This document shows positions 1 to 10,756 of a DNA stretch of 64,000 nt, in pieces. How positions within the stretch are numbered: position 1 is the stretch's first letter; the number at the start of each line of letters is the position of its first letter. Made by a program: the position numbers and the translations under genes. The notes under the pieces are model-generated. The model did not search any database, had not been told where the DNA came from, and saw nothing but the letters and a program-made list of their open reading frames with translations. The stretch comes from Nitrosomonadales bacterium (lineage in GTDB: Bacteria; Pseudomonadota; Gammaproteobacteria; Burkholderiales; Gallionellaceae), in NCBI GenBank assembly GCA_016235045.1, contig JACRME010000015.1, forward strand, positions 3,296-67,295, in the 5' to 3' direction.

Positions 1-1536
1 GATGTTCAGCGTCTGGATGCGATACGCGATCTGTCTTGGCGTCATGTCGAGCAACCGTGCGGCCTTGGCCTGCACCCAGCCCGCCTGTTCCAGCGCGGCG
101 ATGACCTTTTCGCGTTCGTCGAGGTTGGGGTCGTCGAGGTCCAGTTCCTGGATGGCGCCGCGGCTGTTCGATATCTTTTCGTCGATGCCGGTGAGCAGGA
201 TGGCGTCGCGGTCGATGGTCTCGCCTTCGGTCATCACCGAGGCGCGTTCGAGGCAGTTCTCCAGTTCGCGCACGTTGCCCGGCCAGTCGTGGTGCATGAG
301 GATGCGCAGCGCGGTATCGGTGAGGCTGAGCTGGCGGCCCTGTTGCGTGCTGATCTTCTCGACCAGGAAGCGCGCGATCTCGGGGATGTCTTCCATGCGG
401 TCGCGCAGCGGCGGCAGGTACAGCGGCATCACGTTGAGGCGGTAGTACAAGTCCTCGCGGAAGCGGCCTTTCTCCACTTCGGCTTCGAGGTCGCGGTGCG
501 TGGCGGCGACCACGCGCACATCGACCTTGATGGTCTTGGTGCCGCCGACGCGTTCCAGTTCGCCTTCCTGCAACACGCGCAGCAGCTTGGCCTGGAACGA
601 GGCGGAGATTTCGCCGATCTCGTCGAGGAACACAGTGCCGCCTTCGGCCTGCTCGAAGCGTCCCTTGCGTTGCGCCACCGCGCCGGTGAAGGCGCCTTTC
701 TCGTGGCCGAACAGTTCGCTTTCCAGCAGGGTCTCCGGCAGCGCCGCGCAGTTGAGTTTGACGAAACTGCCGCGCGCACGCGGCGAGTTGTAGTGGATGG
801 CGTTGGCGATGAGCTCCTTGCCGGTGCCGGTTTCGCCGCGAATCAGCACGGTGGTGTTCCACTTCGCCACCAGCCGCACTTGTTCGAAGATGCGGCGCAT
901 CGGCTGGGTGTGGCCGATGATGTTGTCGAAGCCGTATTGCCCGCGCACGGTGCGGCGCAGCACGTCGCGTTCTTCGGAAATCTCCTTCTTCTCCTCGGCC
1001 ACTTCCTGCGACAGGCGTACGCTCTGGCCGATCAGGTTGGCAACCATTTCCAGGAAGTGCTGGTATTCGTTGAGTTGCCTGGTGATGCTGGGGGCAGGCT
1101 GTGCCGCCAGCACGCCGACGACCTTCTGGCCGATGCGGATCGGCACGCCGACAAAAGCGCCCTGCGGATTGTAAATGCCGAGGCGCGAGAGGAAGCGCGG
1201 CTCGTCCATGATGCATTCGACCACGATGCTGTTGCCGGTCTTGAGGATGGTGCCGACCACGCCTTCGCCGGGCAGGTAGCTGACTTCCTCGGTAACGGCG
1301 TCGGATACGCCGTACACCAGCGACACTTGAAGCTCTCCGCTTGCAGTATCAAAGAGACTGACCATGCCGCGTTCCAGCGCCACGCCTTCGTGCAGCGCGT
1401 TCAGCACGCCGTCCAGCGTTTCCTTGAAGTTGAGCGAGCGCGACAGCACCTTGCTCACCTGGTACAGCGTTTCCAGTTCGGAACGCAGCAAGTCGAGTTC
1501 CATCCCGGTTTTTATTTCCGCACGATCATTGGGCAT
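1..1536 (-). CDS. nifA: Nif-specific sigma54 activator NifA (3' end beyond window)
   Basis: Manual minus-strand translation from ATG at 1536 ([34 protein letters not shown]): GAF domain, GETGTGKE Walker A, GAFTGA motif, C-terminal [26 protein letters not shown]. Absent from the ORF track because there is no stop in the window; overlaps the nifL stop. Confidence 0.96.
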   Translation of the reverse strand, partial: MPNDRAEIKTGMELDLLRSELETLYQVSKVLSRSLNFKETLDGVLNALHEGVALERGMVSLFDTASGELQVSLVYGVSDAVTEEVSYLPGEGVVGTILKTGNSIVVECIMDEPRFLSRLGIYNPQGAFVGVPIRIGQKVVGVLAAQPAPSITRQLNEYQHFLEMVANLIGQSVRLSQEVAEEKKEISEERDVLRRTVRGQYGFDNIIGHTQPMRRIFEQVRLVAKWNTTVLIRGETGTGKELIANAIHYNSPRARGSFVKLNCAALPETLLESELFGHEKGAFTGAVAQRKGRFEQAEGGTVFLDEIGEISASFQAKLLRVLQEGELERVGGTKTIKVDVRVVAATHRDLEAEVEKGRFREDLYYRLNVMPLYLPPLRDRMEDIPEIARFLVEKISTQQGRQLSLTDTALRILMHHDWPGNVRELENCLERASVMTEGETIDRDAILLTGIDEKISNSRGAIQELDLDDPNLDEREKVIAALEQAGWVQAKAARLLDMTPRQIAYRIQTLNI

Positions 1537-3079
1537 GGTTCACCCCCGACACATAAGGAAGTTGCACGCGAACCCGGCATCCGGCGCGGAATGCCGGATC
1601 GATGTCGATGGTGCCGTTGTGGCTGGTCACGATGTCCTGCGCCATGGCCAGGCCGAGTCCCAGGTGCTGCCGCGAGGCGCCCTTGGTGGTGAAGAACGGC
1701 TGGAATACCTTGTAGCGCAGCTCTTCGGGGATGCCGGGGCCGCTGTCTTCGACGAGTATCTCGATGTGGTCGCTACGGGAGGTGCAGGCGATGCGCAGTT
1801 CGCGCTGACCGCCGCGCCGCTCGTTTACCGCCTCGATGGCATTCGCGATCAGTTGCTTGAACAGGTTGGACAGTTGCGCCGGATGCCCGGAAATCACGGC
1901 CGAGCCGCTCGCCGGTGTCCAGTCCACCACGATGCCTGCGCCGAGCAGGCTGGCGGTGGTGAGTTTGAGCACGTCGGCCAGCACCTCGTTGAGGTCGACC
2001 GATTGCATCGCTTCGTGATTGTGGTCCGGGATGCAGGCGCGCAGCGTTTCCAGCACCTCGCGGCTCTTTTGCATGGCTTCGTCCAGCGCGCTGGCGGCTG
2101 GCATGTCGCTGCCCGCATCGCGGCGGCGGCCCATCATGGTGGCGACGGCGCTCAGCATGTTGAGCGGGCCTTCCAGTTGATATACCGCGCCGGCCAGCGT
2201 CTCGCGCAGTCCCTGGATGCGTTCCTGTTCGGACAGCAGCGCATGCAGGCTGTTGATGCGCAGGGCTTCCTGTTGGCGCTTGATTTCGCTGATGTCCTGG
2301 ATGGTGAGCAGCAGGTAGTGGCGATGCGCCGGTTCGTAGAAGGCGTCCGCGCCGACATCGTGTTCTTCGAACCAGGACACGGCGCAGGAGAACCAGCGAT
2401 TCGTCTGGTTGGCCAGCCCGATACTTACTTCGCGCGCGGCGATGTTGCGGTGCTTGTCGTAGGCCCTGGTAAAGGCATCGCCCATTTGCGCACGCAACTC
2501 GGCGAGCAGTTTCACCGCCGGCTCCTTGCCCAGGTCGCCGATGAGTTTCTTGTATTCCTGATTGTCGAGCAGCACGCGCTCCTTCTCGTCCAGCAGCACG
2601 ATGGCGACCTGCGCCGAATCGACCACCGATTCGATCAGCGTCTTCTGGTTCTGCACTTGGCGTTCCAGCCGGTGCACCTCGGTCACGTCGCGATGCATGC
2701 CGAGGTAATGCGTGGTGTTGCCCTCCTCGCCCACCACCGGCGTGATGGTGACATCGGCCAGGTAGCGGCTGCCATCCTTGCGCTTGTTCACCAGCAGGCC
2801 GTTCCACGGGCGCTGGCGCTGGATCTGCGCCCACAGCGTCTCATAAACCAGTTTGGGGGTGACGCGATAGGACAGCACGGATTCGTTGTGGCCGATCACC
2901 TCGTCCCGTTCGTAGCCGGTGATGCGCTGGAATGCGCCGTTCGCATACAGGATGTTCGCGCGCGCATCGGTGATGGAGATCGCCAGCGCAGCCTGCTCCA
3001 CGGCCTTGCGGAAGAGGTGCGATGGCAGGTTGTCGCCAGCCTCGGCGGGGGCGTTCGGTGCGGCGGGTTGCTTGGACAT
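1526..3079 (-). CDS. nifL: Nitrogen fixation negative regulator NifL (PAS-PAS-GHKL)
   Basis: PAS domain ([22 protein letters not shown]...[13 protein letters not shown]), GHKL-like C-terminus (DSGPGI, FFTTK, GLGL), directly upstream of nifA. Start taken at MSKQP. Confidence 0.95.
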   Translation of the reverse strand: MSKQPAAPNAPAEAGDNLPSHLFRKAVEQAALAISITDARANILYANGAFQRITGYERDEVIGHNESVLSYRVTPKLVYETLWAQIQRQRPWNGLLVNKRKDGSRYLADVTITPVVGEEGNTTHYLGMHRDVTEVHRLERQVQNQKTLIESVVDSAQVAIVLLDEKERVLLDNQEYKKLIGDLGKEPAVKLLAELRAQMGDAFTRAYDKHRNIAAREVSIGLANQTNRWFSCAVSWFEEHDVGADAFYEPAHRHYLLLTIQDISEIKRQQEALRINSLHALLSEQERIQGLRETLAGAVYQLEGPLNMLSAVATMMGRRRDAGSDMPAASALDEAMQKSREVLETLRACIPDHNHEAMQSVDLNEVLADVLKLTTASLLGAGIVVDWTPASGSAVISGHPAQLSNLFKQLIANAIEAVNERRGGQRELRIACTSRSDHIEILVEDSGPGIPEELRYKVFQPFFTTKGASRQHLGLGLAMAQDIVTSHNGTIDIDPAFRAGCRVRVQLPYVSGVNHAQ

Positions 3080-3170
3080 GGAAGCTCCGGTTGATCGATG
3101 ATATACACAGTTCAGCAATAACCATGCCTGGGATTTTCAATTTTTGCCCAACGACGCAACACGCACCGGT

Positions 3171-3186
3171 TGTCGTGTTTGCTACA
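3171..3186 (+). promoter_or_regulatory. NifA upstream activator sequence for rnf operon
   Basis: TGTCGTGTTTGCTACA = TGT-N10-ACA, about 110 bp upstream of a sigma54 motif. Confidence 0.85.
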
Positions 3187-3292
3187 TCGCTGCATGACAC
3201 GGCCCGACAACGACAATGGTTTTTTGCACCTGTCTGGTGCGCTCATGCACCAAACGCCTGATTTCGTGCGTCCCGCTGCGGTGCGCCTGCAT

Positions 3293-3308
3293 TGGCACGG
3301 CGCTTGCA
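3293..3308 (+). promoter_or_regulatory. sigma54 -24/-12 promoter of rnf operon
   Basis: TGGCACGGCGCTTGCA matches TGGCAC-N5-TTGC. Confidence 0.9.
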
Positions 3309-3334
3309 AACGAGAGGGCAGGAGATCGTCTTAT

Positions 3335-3913
3335 ATGAGTGAGTATCTTTTATTGCTGCTGGGGACTGCGTTGGTGAACAACGTGGTGCTGGTGAAGTTC
3401 CTCGGGCTGTGTCCCTTCATGGGCGTATCCAAGAAGATGGACGGCGCGCTCGGCATGGGCATGGCCACCACCTTCGTGCTGACCATGACGACGGCCGCGA
3501 CCTGGATGCTGGAGCACTGGCTGCTGATGCCGCTGGGCATCCAGTACCTGCGCCTGCTCGCCTTCATCCTCACCATTGCCGCCGTGGTGCAGTTCACCGA
3601 GATGCTGATCCGCAAATTCAGTCCCGCCCTGTATCAGGTGCTGGGCATCTACCTGCCGCTGATCACCACCAACTGCGCTGTGCTCGGCATCGCGCTGCTC
3701 AATGTGCAGGAGAAGAACGGCTTTATGCACAGCCTGCTTTACGGCTTCGGCTCGGCGGTCGGCTTCACGCTGGTGATGCTCTTGTTTACCGGACTGCGCG
3801 TGCGCCTGGCATTGGCGCAGGTGCCGAACGCATTCAGCGGCGCTCCCATCGGTTTCATCACCGCCAGTTTGCTGGCGCTGGCGTTCATGGGGTTTGCGGG
3901 TTTGGCGGGGTAA
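3335..3913 (+). CDS. rnfA: Rnf electron transport complex subunit A
   Basis: [30 protein letters not shown]...[19 protein letters not shown] upstream. Confidence 0.95.
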   Translation: MSEYLLLLLGTALVNNVVLVKFLGLCPFMGVSKKMDGALGMGMATTFVLTMTTAATWMLEHWLLMPLGIQYLRLLAFILTIAAVVQFTEMLIRKFSPALYQVLGIYLPLITTNCAVLGIALLNVQEKNGFMHSLLYGFGSAVGFTLVMLLFTGLRVRLALAQVPNAFSGAPIGFITASLLALAFMGFAGLAG

Positions 3914-3925
3914 TGAAAATGCACT

Positions 3926-4020
3926 TATCCGCAGATTACACAGATTACGCAAGATTATTGCCTCGAAGTGTCGTTCTGGTTGCGCGGTTGAATCTGTTTA
4001 ATCTGCGTAATCTGCGGATA
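3926..4020. repeat. Intergenic inverted repeat built from 9-mer (CAGATTAC-like) units
   Basis: TATCCGCAGATTACACAGATTA ... TAATCTGCGTAATCTGCGGATA between rnfA and rnfB. Confidence 0.8.
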
Positions 4021-4042
4021 GAAGTTTTGAAAGGAAGTTGAA

Positions 4043-4582
4043 ATGCTGATCGCTGCCGTCGTCAGTCTGACCCTGTTGGGAACCGTCTTCGGATTGTTGC
4101 TCGGCGTTGCCGCGCGCTATCTGAAAGTGGAAGGCAACCCGCTGGTCGCCGAACTCGAACAATTGCTGCCCGGTTCGCAATGCGGGCAGTGCGGCTTCCC
4201 CGGTTGCTCCGGCGCCGCACAGGCGCTGGCCGACGGCAGTGCCTCGCTTGCCCTGTGTCCTCCCGGCGGTCGCGCGGTGATGCAGGCGTTGGCAAACAAG
4301 CTCGGTATCGAGGCCGACCTTTCCGGCGTGGAAGACAAGGGGCCGATGATCGCCGAGATCAGGGAAGAGATATGCATCGGCTGCACGCGCTGTTTCAAAG
4401 TGTGCCCCACCGACGCCATCATGGGCGCGGCACAGCAGATCCATGTGGTGTTCCGCGAGGCGTGCACCGCCTGCGGCAAATGCGAAGCAGTGTGCCCGAC
4501 CGAATCGGTGAAGCTGCAGCCTATCCCGGCCACGCTGCAATCCTGGTATTGGAACAAGCCGCAAGCAGGGGAGGCAGCATGA
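4043..4582 (+). CDS. rnfB: Rnf subunit B
   Basis: LPGSQCGQCGFPGC FeS motif and two CxxCxxCxxxCP motifs. Confidence 0.95.
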   Translation: MLIAAVVSLTLLGTVFGLLLGVAARYLKVEGNPLVAELEQLLPGSQCGQCGFPGCSGAAQALADGSASLALCPPGGRAVMQALANKLGIEADLSGVEDKGPMIAEIREEICIGCTRCFKVCPTDAIMGAAQQIHVVFREACTACGKCEAVCPTESVKLQPIPATLQSWYWNKPQAGEAA

Positions 4583-6057
4583 AGCTATTCGACCTGAAAG
4601 GCGGCGTCCATCCCGAAGGCAAGAAGGACCTGTCGGCCGAGCGCCATATCCGCGCGCTGCCGTTGCCGAAAAAACTCTACGTACCCTTGCAGCAGCACAT
4701 CGGCGCGCCCGCCACACCCGTGGTGAATGTCGGCGACAAGGTGCTGAAGGGCCAGCTCATCGCATCCGCACAGGGCGCAGTCTCATCCTCCATCCATGCG
4801 CCGACTTCCGGCACTATCGTTGCGTTGGGCGACCATGTTGCGCCGCATCCGTCCGGCCTGCCGGTGCCGACCATCACGCTGGAGAGCGACGGCGAAGACA
4901 GGTGGGGCATGACAAAAGTGGTGGACGATCCGCTCGCGCTCGCGCCGGAAGACATCGCGGCGCATGTGGCGGCGGCCGGCATCGTCGGCCTCGGCGGCGC
5001 GACCTTTCCGTCCGCGCTCAAATTGAATCTAAGCCGCGGCAGCGGCGTGCAGACGCTGATCATGAACGGCGGCGAGTGCGAACCCTACCTCACCTGCGAC
5101 GACCGCATCATGCGCGAGCGCGCCGTGGAGATCGTCGAAGGCATCCGCCTGATCGCGCATGCCGTTGCCGCCAAAGAAGTGCTGGTCGGCATCGAGGACA
5201 ACAAGCCGGAAGCCATCGCCGCCATGCAGGAGGCGGCACAAGGCACGGCGATCAAAGTCGTCGCGATGCCCAGCATGTACCCGATGGGTTCGGAGAAGCA
5301 GATCATCCAGGTGCTTACCGGCAAAGAGGTTCCCGCCGGCGGGCGTCCCGCCGACATCGGCGTGCTGGTGCACAACGTCGCCACTGCCTTTGCCGTGCAA
5401 CAGGCCATCCGCTACGGCAAGCCGCTGATCTCGCGCATCGTCACCGTCAGCGGCGGCGCGATCCTGCAACCCTGCAATCTGGAAGTGCTGATCGGCACAC
5501 CGGTGCAGGAGCTGATCGAATTCAGCGGCGGCTACAGGCAGCCTGCCGCGCGTCTGGTGCTGGGCGGTCCGATGATGGGACAACAATTTACCAATACCAA
5601 TGTGCCGGTGGTGAAGGGAACGAGCGGCGTGTTGGCACTGATGGCTTCCGAGATCGGCCAGGCGGAAGCCTCGCCGTGCATCCGTTGTTCCACCTGCGTA
5701 CGCGCCTGCCCGGTCGGCCTGCTGCCGCTGGAGATGGCGGCGCATATCCGCACCGCCGATTTGGCCGGTGCGGCCGCGCTGGGACTCAAGGATTGCATCG
5801 CCTGCGGCTCCTGTTCCTATGTCTGTCCCGCACATATTCCGCTGGTGCATTTCTTCAACTACGCCAAGGGCGACCTCGCGGCGCAGGAACGCAGCAAGCT
5901 GAAACAGGAAGCCACCAAGAAACTGGCCGACGCGCGCAATGAGCGGCTGGCGCGCATCGAGCGCGAGCGTGCGGAAGCGGCAGCGAAACGCAAGGCGGCG
6001 CGCGAAGCGAAAGCGGCGAAAGAGGCGGCGGCGAAGGCGGCGGAGGAGGCAGCATGA
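4579..6057 (+). CDS. rnfC: Rnf subunit C
   Basis: MKLFDLKGGVHP, GIVGLGGATFP, NGGECEPYLTCDDR, 2x 4Fe-4S motifs; ATGA overlap with rnfB. Confidence 0.95.
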   Translation: MKLFDLKGGVHPEGKKDLSAERHIRALPLPKKLYVPLQQHIGAPATPVVNVGDKVLKGQLIASAQGAVSSSIHAPTSGTIVALGDHVAPHPSGLPVPTITLESDGEDRWGMTKVVDDPLALAPEDIAAHVAAAGIVGLGGATFPSALKLNLSRGSGVQTLIMNGGECEPYLTCDDRIMRERAVEIVEGIRLIAHAVAAKEVLVGIEDNKPEAIAAMQEAAQGTAIKVVAMPSMYPMGSEKQIIQVLTGKEVPAGGRPADIGVLVHNVATAFAVQQAIRYGKPLISRIVTVSGGAILQPCNLEVLIGTPVQELIEFSGGYRQPAARLVLGGPMMGQQFTNTNVPVVKGTSGVLALMASEIGQAEASPCIRCSTCVRACPVGLLPLEMAAHIRTADLAGAAALGLKDCIACGSCSYVCPAHIPLVHFFNYAKGDLAAQERSKLKQEATKKLADARNERLARIERERAEAAAKRKAAREAKAAKEAAAKAAEEAA

Positions 6058-6080
6058 ATTCAAATTCTCCTGCAAACCTG

Positions 6081-6242
6081 TTCCCTCCCCCTTGCAGGGG
6101 GATAACCAGCGACTTAGCTGGCGTTGTTTGCCAGCTTAGTCGAATGGCTAGTAGTTCCATCAGGGCTAGGGTGGGGGTAGAAACGTTGAGTACCCACAGA
6201 GTCAACCCCCTTCCTAACCTTCCCCCTGCAAGGGGGAAGGAA
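6081..6242. repeat. CCCTCCCCCTTGCAGGGGG-family REP pair carrying the 60-bp nested insert
   Basis: Arms match the uninterrupted copies at 22350-22448 and 25253-25352. Confidence 0.88.
6102..6161 (+). mobile_element. 60-bp hairpin element nested in a REP, copy 1
   Basis: ATAACCAGCGACTTAGCTGGCGTTGTTTGCCAGCTTAGTCGAATGGCTAGTAGTTCCATC; absent from empty REP copies. Confidence 0.8.
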
Positions 6243-6280
6243 CTCGCAGTGCTATGCGTTTTCGTGCAGAGAGATAACAC

Positions 6281-7330
6281 ATGACCCCCATCGCCCACTC
6301 CCCCCACGCCCACGCCCCCGTCTCCATCGGCAAGGTGATGGCCACCGTGCTGCTTGCACTCACGCCCGCCACGCTGTTCGGTTTCTGGCTGTACGGCTGG
6401 CCCGCGGTCAACCTGTGGGCAGTGGCGCTGATCGCCGCCATCCTCGGCGAAGCCTTTGTCGTGCGCATGCAGGGACGCAAGGTGCGTCCGGTGCTGATGG
6501 ACGGCTCCGGCATCCTTACCGCATGGCTGCTGGCCTTGTCGTTGCCGCCGTATGCACCCTGGTGGATCGCGGTGCTGGGCAGTCTGTTCGCGGTCATCAT
6601 CGGCAAGCAGGTGTTCGGCGGGCTGGGGCAGAACGTGTTCAATCCGGCGATGGCTGCGCGCGTGATGTTGCTGATCTCCTTTCCGCTGGAGATGACCACC
6701 TGGGTCGCGCCTTCGCAGGCACCGGGTCTGCTCGAAAGTCTGCGCATCACCTTCTTCAGTCAGCCCATCGACGGCATGGCCAGCGCCTCACTGCTCGGTC
6801 ACGTGAAGACCGAGTTCACGCGCGGCATCGGTCTCGATCAGGCACTTGCCGGTTATTACGCGCCGATGGATATGTTGTGGGGCAGTCGCACTGGCAGTCT
6901 CGGCGAGACTGCTGCCGTGTTGCTACTGATCGGCGGATTATTCCTTATCGCGCGTCGCATCATCACCTGGCATGCGCCGTTCGCCATGCTGCTCGGCGTG
7001 GCCGCACCGGCGCTGCTGTTCAACATGATCGACGGCAACCATTACGCCGGGCCGATGGTGCATCTGCTTTCCGGCGGTTTGATGCTGGGGGCGTTCTTCA
7101 TCGTCACCGATCCGGTGACGTCACCCAACACGGCGCTGGGGCAATTCATCTTCGGGCTGAGCTGCGGCCTGCTGACCTGGATTATCCGCACCTGGGGCGG
7201 TTATCCGGAAGGCGTGGCGTTCGCCGTGCTGCTGATGAATGCGGCCACACCCATCATCGACCAGTACGTCAAACCGCGCATCTACGGTCGCGACCGCAAG
7301 GGCGTGGCGCTATCCGTGAAGAAGGGATGA
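6281..7330 (+). CDS. rnfD: Rnf subunit D
   Basis: HSPHAH start, KQVFGGLGQNVFNPAM, TDPVTSP, GGYPEGVAFAVLLMN. Confidence 0.95.
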   Translation: MTPIAHSPHAHAPVSIGKVMATVLLALTPATLFGFWLYGWPAVNLWAVALIAAILGEAFVVRMQGRKVRPVLMDGSGILTAWLLALSLPPYAPWWIAVLGSLFAVIIGKQVFGGLGQNVFNPAMAARVMLLISFPLEMTTWVAPSQAPGLLESLRITFFSQPIDGMASASLLGHVKTEFTRGIGLDQALAGYYAPMDMLWGSRTGSLGETAAVLLLIGGLFLIARRIITWHAPFAMLLGVAAPALLFNMIDGNHYAGPMVHLLSGGLMLGAFFIVTDPVTSPNTALGQFIFGLSCGLLTWIIRTWGGYPEGVAFAVLLMNAATPIIDQYVKPRIYGRDRKGVALSVKKG

Positions 7331-7347
7331 AGCGAAATGCAAAACCA

Positions 7348-7471
7348 TTTGCCACAGAGAACACAGAGCACACAGAGAAAGACGTGTTGCCTCAACGATT
7401 CGTGGGTTAACCCACAAGGACAGATGAATACCAGCGAATATCTCTGTGATCTCTGTGTCCTCTGTGGCAAA
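7348..7471. repeat. GCCACAGAG-(N2)CACAGAG-family inverted repeat
   Basis: GCCACAGAGAACACAGAGCACACAGAG ... CTCTGTGATCTCTGTGTCCTCTGTGGC; same family at 23580 and 37497. Confidence 0.85.
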
Positions 7472-7490
7472 AGTTTTTAAAGAGGTTTAA

Positions 7491-8117
7491 ATGAAACTCG
7501 AAGAACTACGCAGCAAGCTGAGTTACCAGGGCATCCTGCTCGGCGGGGTGGCGCTGCTCACCAGTGCGGCGCTGGCTTACGCCTCGCGCGCCACCGAGGC
7601 GGACATCAAGGCGGCGGAAGCGGCCGATCTCAAACAATCGCTGGCGCAGGTGCTGCCGGGCGAATACGAGAACGATCTGCTCAAGGACACCGTCACGCTG
7701 CCCGGCAAGGACGGCGAGGTGCTGGTGTATCGCGGACGCCGTGAGGGCAAGGTGGAGGCGGTGGTGTATCGGGTGACCGGTCACGGCTATGCCGGCAACA
7801 TCGTGTGCGTGATGGGTGTGTCGCGCGAGGGCAAGGTGCTTGGTGTGCGCGTCATCAACCACAAGGAGACCCCCGGGCTGGGCGACAAGATCGAACCGGC
7901 CAAGGGCGACTGGATCCATTCCTTCGAAGGCAAATGGCTGGGCGAGCCGGCAACGGACAAATGGGCGGTGAAGAAGGACGGCGGCGTGTTCGACCAGTTC
8001 GCCGGCGCCACCATCACGCCGCGCGGCGTGGTGAAGGCGGTGAAGGGTGGGCTGGAGTTCTTTGAGAAGGAACGTACGACATTGCTCGATGAAACGGAAC
8101 TGGTAACACAGAAATGA
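7491..8117 (+). CDS. rnfG: Rnf subunit G
   Basis: HKETPGLGDKI and FDQFAGATIT (FMN-Thr motif). Confidence 0.95.
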   Translation: MKLEELRSKLSYQGILLGGVALLTSAALAYASRATEADIKAAEAADLKQSLAQVLPGEYENDLLKDTVTLPGKDGEVLVYRGRREGKVEAVVYRVTGHGYAGNIVCVMGVSREGKVLGVRVINHKETPGLGDKIEPAKGDWIHSFEGKWLGEPATDKWAVKKDGGVFDQFAGATITPRGVVKAVKGGLEFFEKERTTLLDETELVTQK

Positions 8118-8139
8118 TTACGCCAGCGTTCAAGTTTCT

Positions 8140-8218
8140 ACCCCCACCCTACCCCTCCCCCTGCATGGGGGAGGGAACCGGCACCTTCCCCCTCTCAGGG
8201 GGAAGGCTGGGATGGGGG
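8140..8218. repeat. CCCTCCCC-family REP pair (arms in opposite arrangement)
   Basis: CCCCCACCCTACCCCTCCCCCTGCATGGGGGAGGG ... CCTTCCCCCTCTCAGGGGGAAGGCTGGGATGGGGG. Confidence 0.8.
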
Positions 8219-8262
8219 TGTGATCTGAATGTATACCTCAAGGCTATGAGAGGAGGACGAGT

Positions 8263-8940
8263 ATGAACGACAAATACGCCCGCATCACCCGCGACGGCCT
8301 GTGGAACAACAACGTCGTGTTCGCGCAGATGCTCGCGCTGTGCCCGACGCTGGCGGTGACCAGCAGCGCCACCAACGGCCTCGGCATGGGGCTGGCCACC
8401 ACGGCGGTGCTGCTGCTTTCCAATATCATCATCTCCAGCGTGCGCCAGTTCGTCAGCGCCGAGGTGCGCATCCCGGTATACATCGTGCTGATCGCCACGC
8501 TGGTGACGCTGGTGGACATGAGCCTGAATGCCTGGGCGCATGAACTCTATAAAGTTTTGGGCCTGTTCATCGCGCTGATCGTGGTCAACTGCGCCATCCT
8601 CGGCCGCGCCGAAGCGTTCGCTTCCAAATCGAACATCCCCGACTCGGCGCTGGACGGCCTGATGATGGGCCTGGGCTTCACTGCTTCGCTGACGGTGATC
8701 GGCGGCATACGCGAGGTTTTCGGCAGCGGCACGTTGTTCGCCAACGCCCACCTGTTGCTGGGCCCGGCGTTCTCCTTCCTGGAGACGACCATCGTGCCGG
8801 AATACAAGGGTTTCCTGCTGATGATCCTGCCGCCCGGCGGATTCATGGTGGTGGGATTGCTGCTGGCCGCGAAGCGGGTGCTGGACCAGCGTCGCGCGGC
8901 GCGAGAAGTGGTCGCCGCGACTGAAGCGGCAGCGAGTTAA
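8263..8940 (+). CDS. rnfE: Rnf subunit E
   Basis: GLWNNN...LALCPTLAVT, LIVVNCAILGRAEAFA, LPPGGF. Confidence 0.95.
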   Translation: MNDKYARITRDGLWNNNVVFAQMLALCPTLAVTSSATNGLGMGLATTAVLLLSNIIISSVRQFVSAEVRIPVYIVLIATLVTLVDMSLNAWAHELYKVLGLFIALIVVNCAILGRAEAFASKSNIPDSALDGLMMGLGFTASLTVIGGIREVFGSGTLFANAHLLLGPAFSFLETTIVPEYKGFLLMILPPGGFMVVGLLLAAKRVLDQRRAAREVVAATEAAAS

Positions 8941-8948
8941 CACACAGT

Positions 8949-9028
8949 GCAGGGTGCAATAAGCGAAGCGCATTGCACCAAGATTGACGAAACATACGGC
9001 GCAATGCGCTTCGCTTATTGCGCCCTAC
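8949..9028. repeat. GTAG-type REP pair (REPIN-like)
   Basis: GCAGGGTGCAATAAGCGAAGCGCATTGCACC ... GGCGCAATGCGCTTCGCTTATTGCGCCCTAC. Confidence 0.8.
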
Positions 9029-9053
9029 GTAAAATCAGATTCAGGAGAGCATC

Positions 9054-9335
9054 ATGCAGATCGGCGTCGCCTATTCAGAACCTGCCGGCCAGACATGGCT
9101 GCGTATCGAAGTGCCGGAGGAAACCAATGTCCAGCAGGCCATCGAGCAGTCCGGCATCCTGAAGAAATTCCCTGCCATCGACCTCGAAACATACAAGATA
9201 GGAATCTTCGGCAAGACGGCCGAGCTGGATACCTTGCTCAAGCCGGGCGACCGGGTGGAGATCTACCGTGCCATCACCGCCGATCCGGCCACCGTGCCGC
9301 GCCGGGTCATCGCGGGCGAGGATGATGACGAGTAA
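9054..9335 (+). CDS. rnfH: RnfH ubiquitin-like protein
   Basis: MQIGVAY...AIEQSGIL...GIFGK...GDRVEIYRAITADP. Confidence 0.92.
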   Translation: MQIGVAYSEPAGQTWLRIEVPEETNVQQAIEQSGILKKFPAIDLETYKIGIFGKTAELDTLLKPGDRVEIYRAITADPATVPRRVIAGEDDDE

Positions 9336-9344
9336 ATGATTTAA

Positions 9345-9426
9345 CGGGAGCGCCGACGCCCCAAAGGCAGGCAATCCGATAGGGACAGAAGCCCCTTGGG
9401 AATTGATACTCACGTCGGCGCTCCCG
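9345..9426. repeat. GGGAGCGCCGACG-family REP pair
   Basis: CGGGAGCGCCGACG ... CGTCGGCGCTCCCG; also at 10874 and 35220. Confidence 0.75.
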
Positions 9427-9432
9427 GCTTGC

Positions 9433-9834
9433 CTACGCTTGCTGTTTCTTCAAATGCAGCACCAGCGCACTATCCATCATGGCAAGGTGCGTATCGAACC
9501 ATTCCGGCAAACCCTCCTTCACATAGGCGCGCACCAGTGGCAGGTGCCCGCGCTTGAGGCTGCGGTTGAGTTGTTGCAGTTCGCCCAGCACGCGGTGGTG
9601 CTCGGCCTCATGTTCGGGCAGGCCCCGGTATTTCGTTTCGCGCATCAGTTTGCCTTCTGCGGTGAAATGCTCGCGCGTGTGATTGACCAGCGCCTGGAAC
9701 AGGGCGGGGAATTCGGCATTGCCGGACGCGATGAGCGCGGCCACCTGGTCTATGAACTCGCGGTGGGTGGTGTCCATCTCGTCCATACCGAGGGTGTGGC
9801 GCGTTTCATCCCATCTTGCCTGATGCTTGCTCAT
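9433..9834 (-). CDS. Bacteriohemerythrin
   Basis: MDTTHREF, HTREHFTAEGKLM, EHEAEHHRVL, WFDTHLAMMD: hemerythrin His/Glu/Asp pattern. Confidence 0.88.
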   Translation of the reverse strand: MSKHQARWDETRHTLGMDEMDTTHREFIDQVAALIASGNAEFPALFQALVNHTREHFTAEGKLMRETKYRGLPEHEAEHHRVLGELQQLNRSLKRGHLPLVRAYVKEGLPEWFDTHLAMMDSALVLHLKKQQA

Positions 9835-9859
9835 CGCCGACACCTTGCAGGGTGCTTGT

Positions 9860-10720
9860 TCATGCCGCCGCGAGGCTGCCGTTCCAGCTCTGCGCGGCAG
9901 TGAGGAAATCCGCCACGTCGGCATTCACGATCTCGATGTTGAGACGCTCCAGATAGCGCTTCTCCTTGTCGGTCGGGTGCGGGATCAGCGCCCATCCTGC
10001 AGGCTTGCTCGCGCCGAAGATGACGTCGGAGAACACCATGCGGTCGGTGTCGCGGTTCAGGCGCAGGCCGAGCAGCACGTAGCGCTTGTTCTGGCGCGAG
10101 CGCTTGACGAACGAGGGGATGGCGAAACCGCCCATCAACTCGGTGATGTAATCGACAAAGTCGGCATCCGAGGCGATGTAGCTGGATTCCGGCAGCGGCG
10201 TGCCCAGCGGCTTGAACAGCACCGGCAGGCTGGTATCCACCGCCTCCTGTTCGACCGGCGCATAGCTGCTGCCGTCGTAGTTGAAAATGCGGAAGCGGTA
10301 TTCCTTGCCGGACATGCGCGCGATGCCGACGATCAGCGTGTGCGGGGTGGCGGCATATTGCTTCTGGATCTGCGTGTCGCGGTTGCAGTCGATGATGCAA
10401 GGCAGCTTTTGCTGCGCCAGCCAGGCATGCAGTGCCGAGGTGCTCCATTGCGTGTCGCGATAGGTCGCATCGAGGAACTTGTTCACCGCCGAACGGCCGC
10501 GCTTCAGTTCCACGTTCATGGCCGCGCGCGGGAACTCATACATCAGCTTGGGGGCCATCGGCTGGCCGTTGTTCATCGCCAGGATCAGGCTGTCGCTGTC
10601 GGCCGGGATGGCGCGGCCCGAAGCCGGGTCGATCACGCCGTTCAGCGCGCCGGGGCCGAGGTAGGGGACGACGCTGCCGTCGGACAGTCCGGTGAAGATG
10701 GATTCGAACGCAGTGCTCAT
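9860..10720 (-). CDS. nif-associated SIR2-like family protein
   Basis: VVPYLGPG Rossmann start, LFKPLG, YIASDADFVDYITELMGG, LLGL; recalled as a family common in proteobacterial nif clusters. Confidence 0.8.
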   Translation of the reverse strand: MSTAFESIFTGLSDGSVVPYLGPGALNGVIDPASGRAIPADSDSLILAMNNGQPMAPKLMYEFPRAAMNVELKRGRSAVNKFLDATYRDTQWSTSALHAWLAQQKLPCIIDCNRDTQIQKQYAATPHTLIVGIARMSGKEYRFRIFNYDGSSYAPVEQEAVDTSLPVLFKPLGTPLPESSYIASDADFVDYITELMGGFAIPSFVKRSRQNKRYVLLGLRLNRDTDRMVFSDVIFGASKPAGWALIPHPTDKEKRYLERLNIEIVNADVADFLTAAQSWNGSLAAA

Positions 10721-10756
10721 GGGGATGACTCCTCTTGTGATTGACAAGGAATCACT

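Noticed and set aside
289..3094. Long plus-strand ORFs 289..1692 and 1364..3094
   Set aside because: Antisense shadows of nifA and nifL, typical of high-GC coding DNA; no recognisable motifs.
6054..6284. Recurrent small ORFs containing ITSDLAGVVCQ or MELLAIRL (also 33231..33458, 44726..45148, 51181..51414)
   Set aside because: Translations of the REP plus 60-bp insert, not a protein family; no evidence they are expressed.
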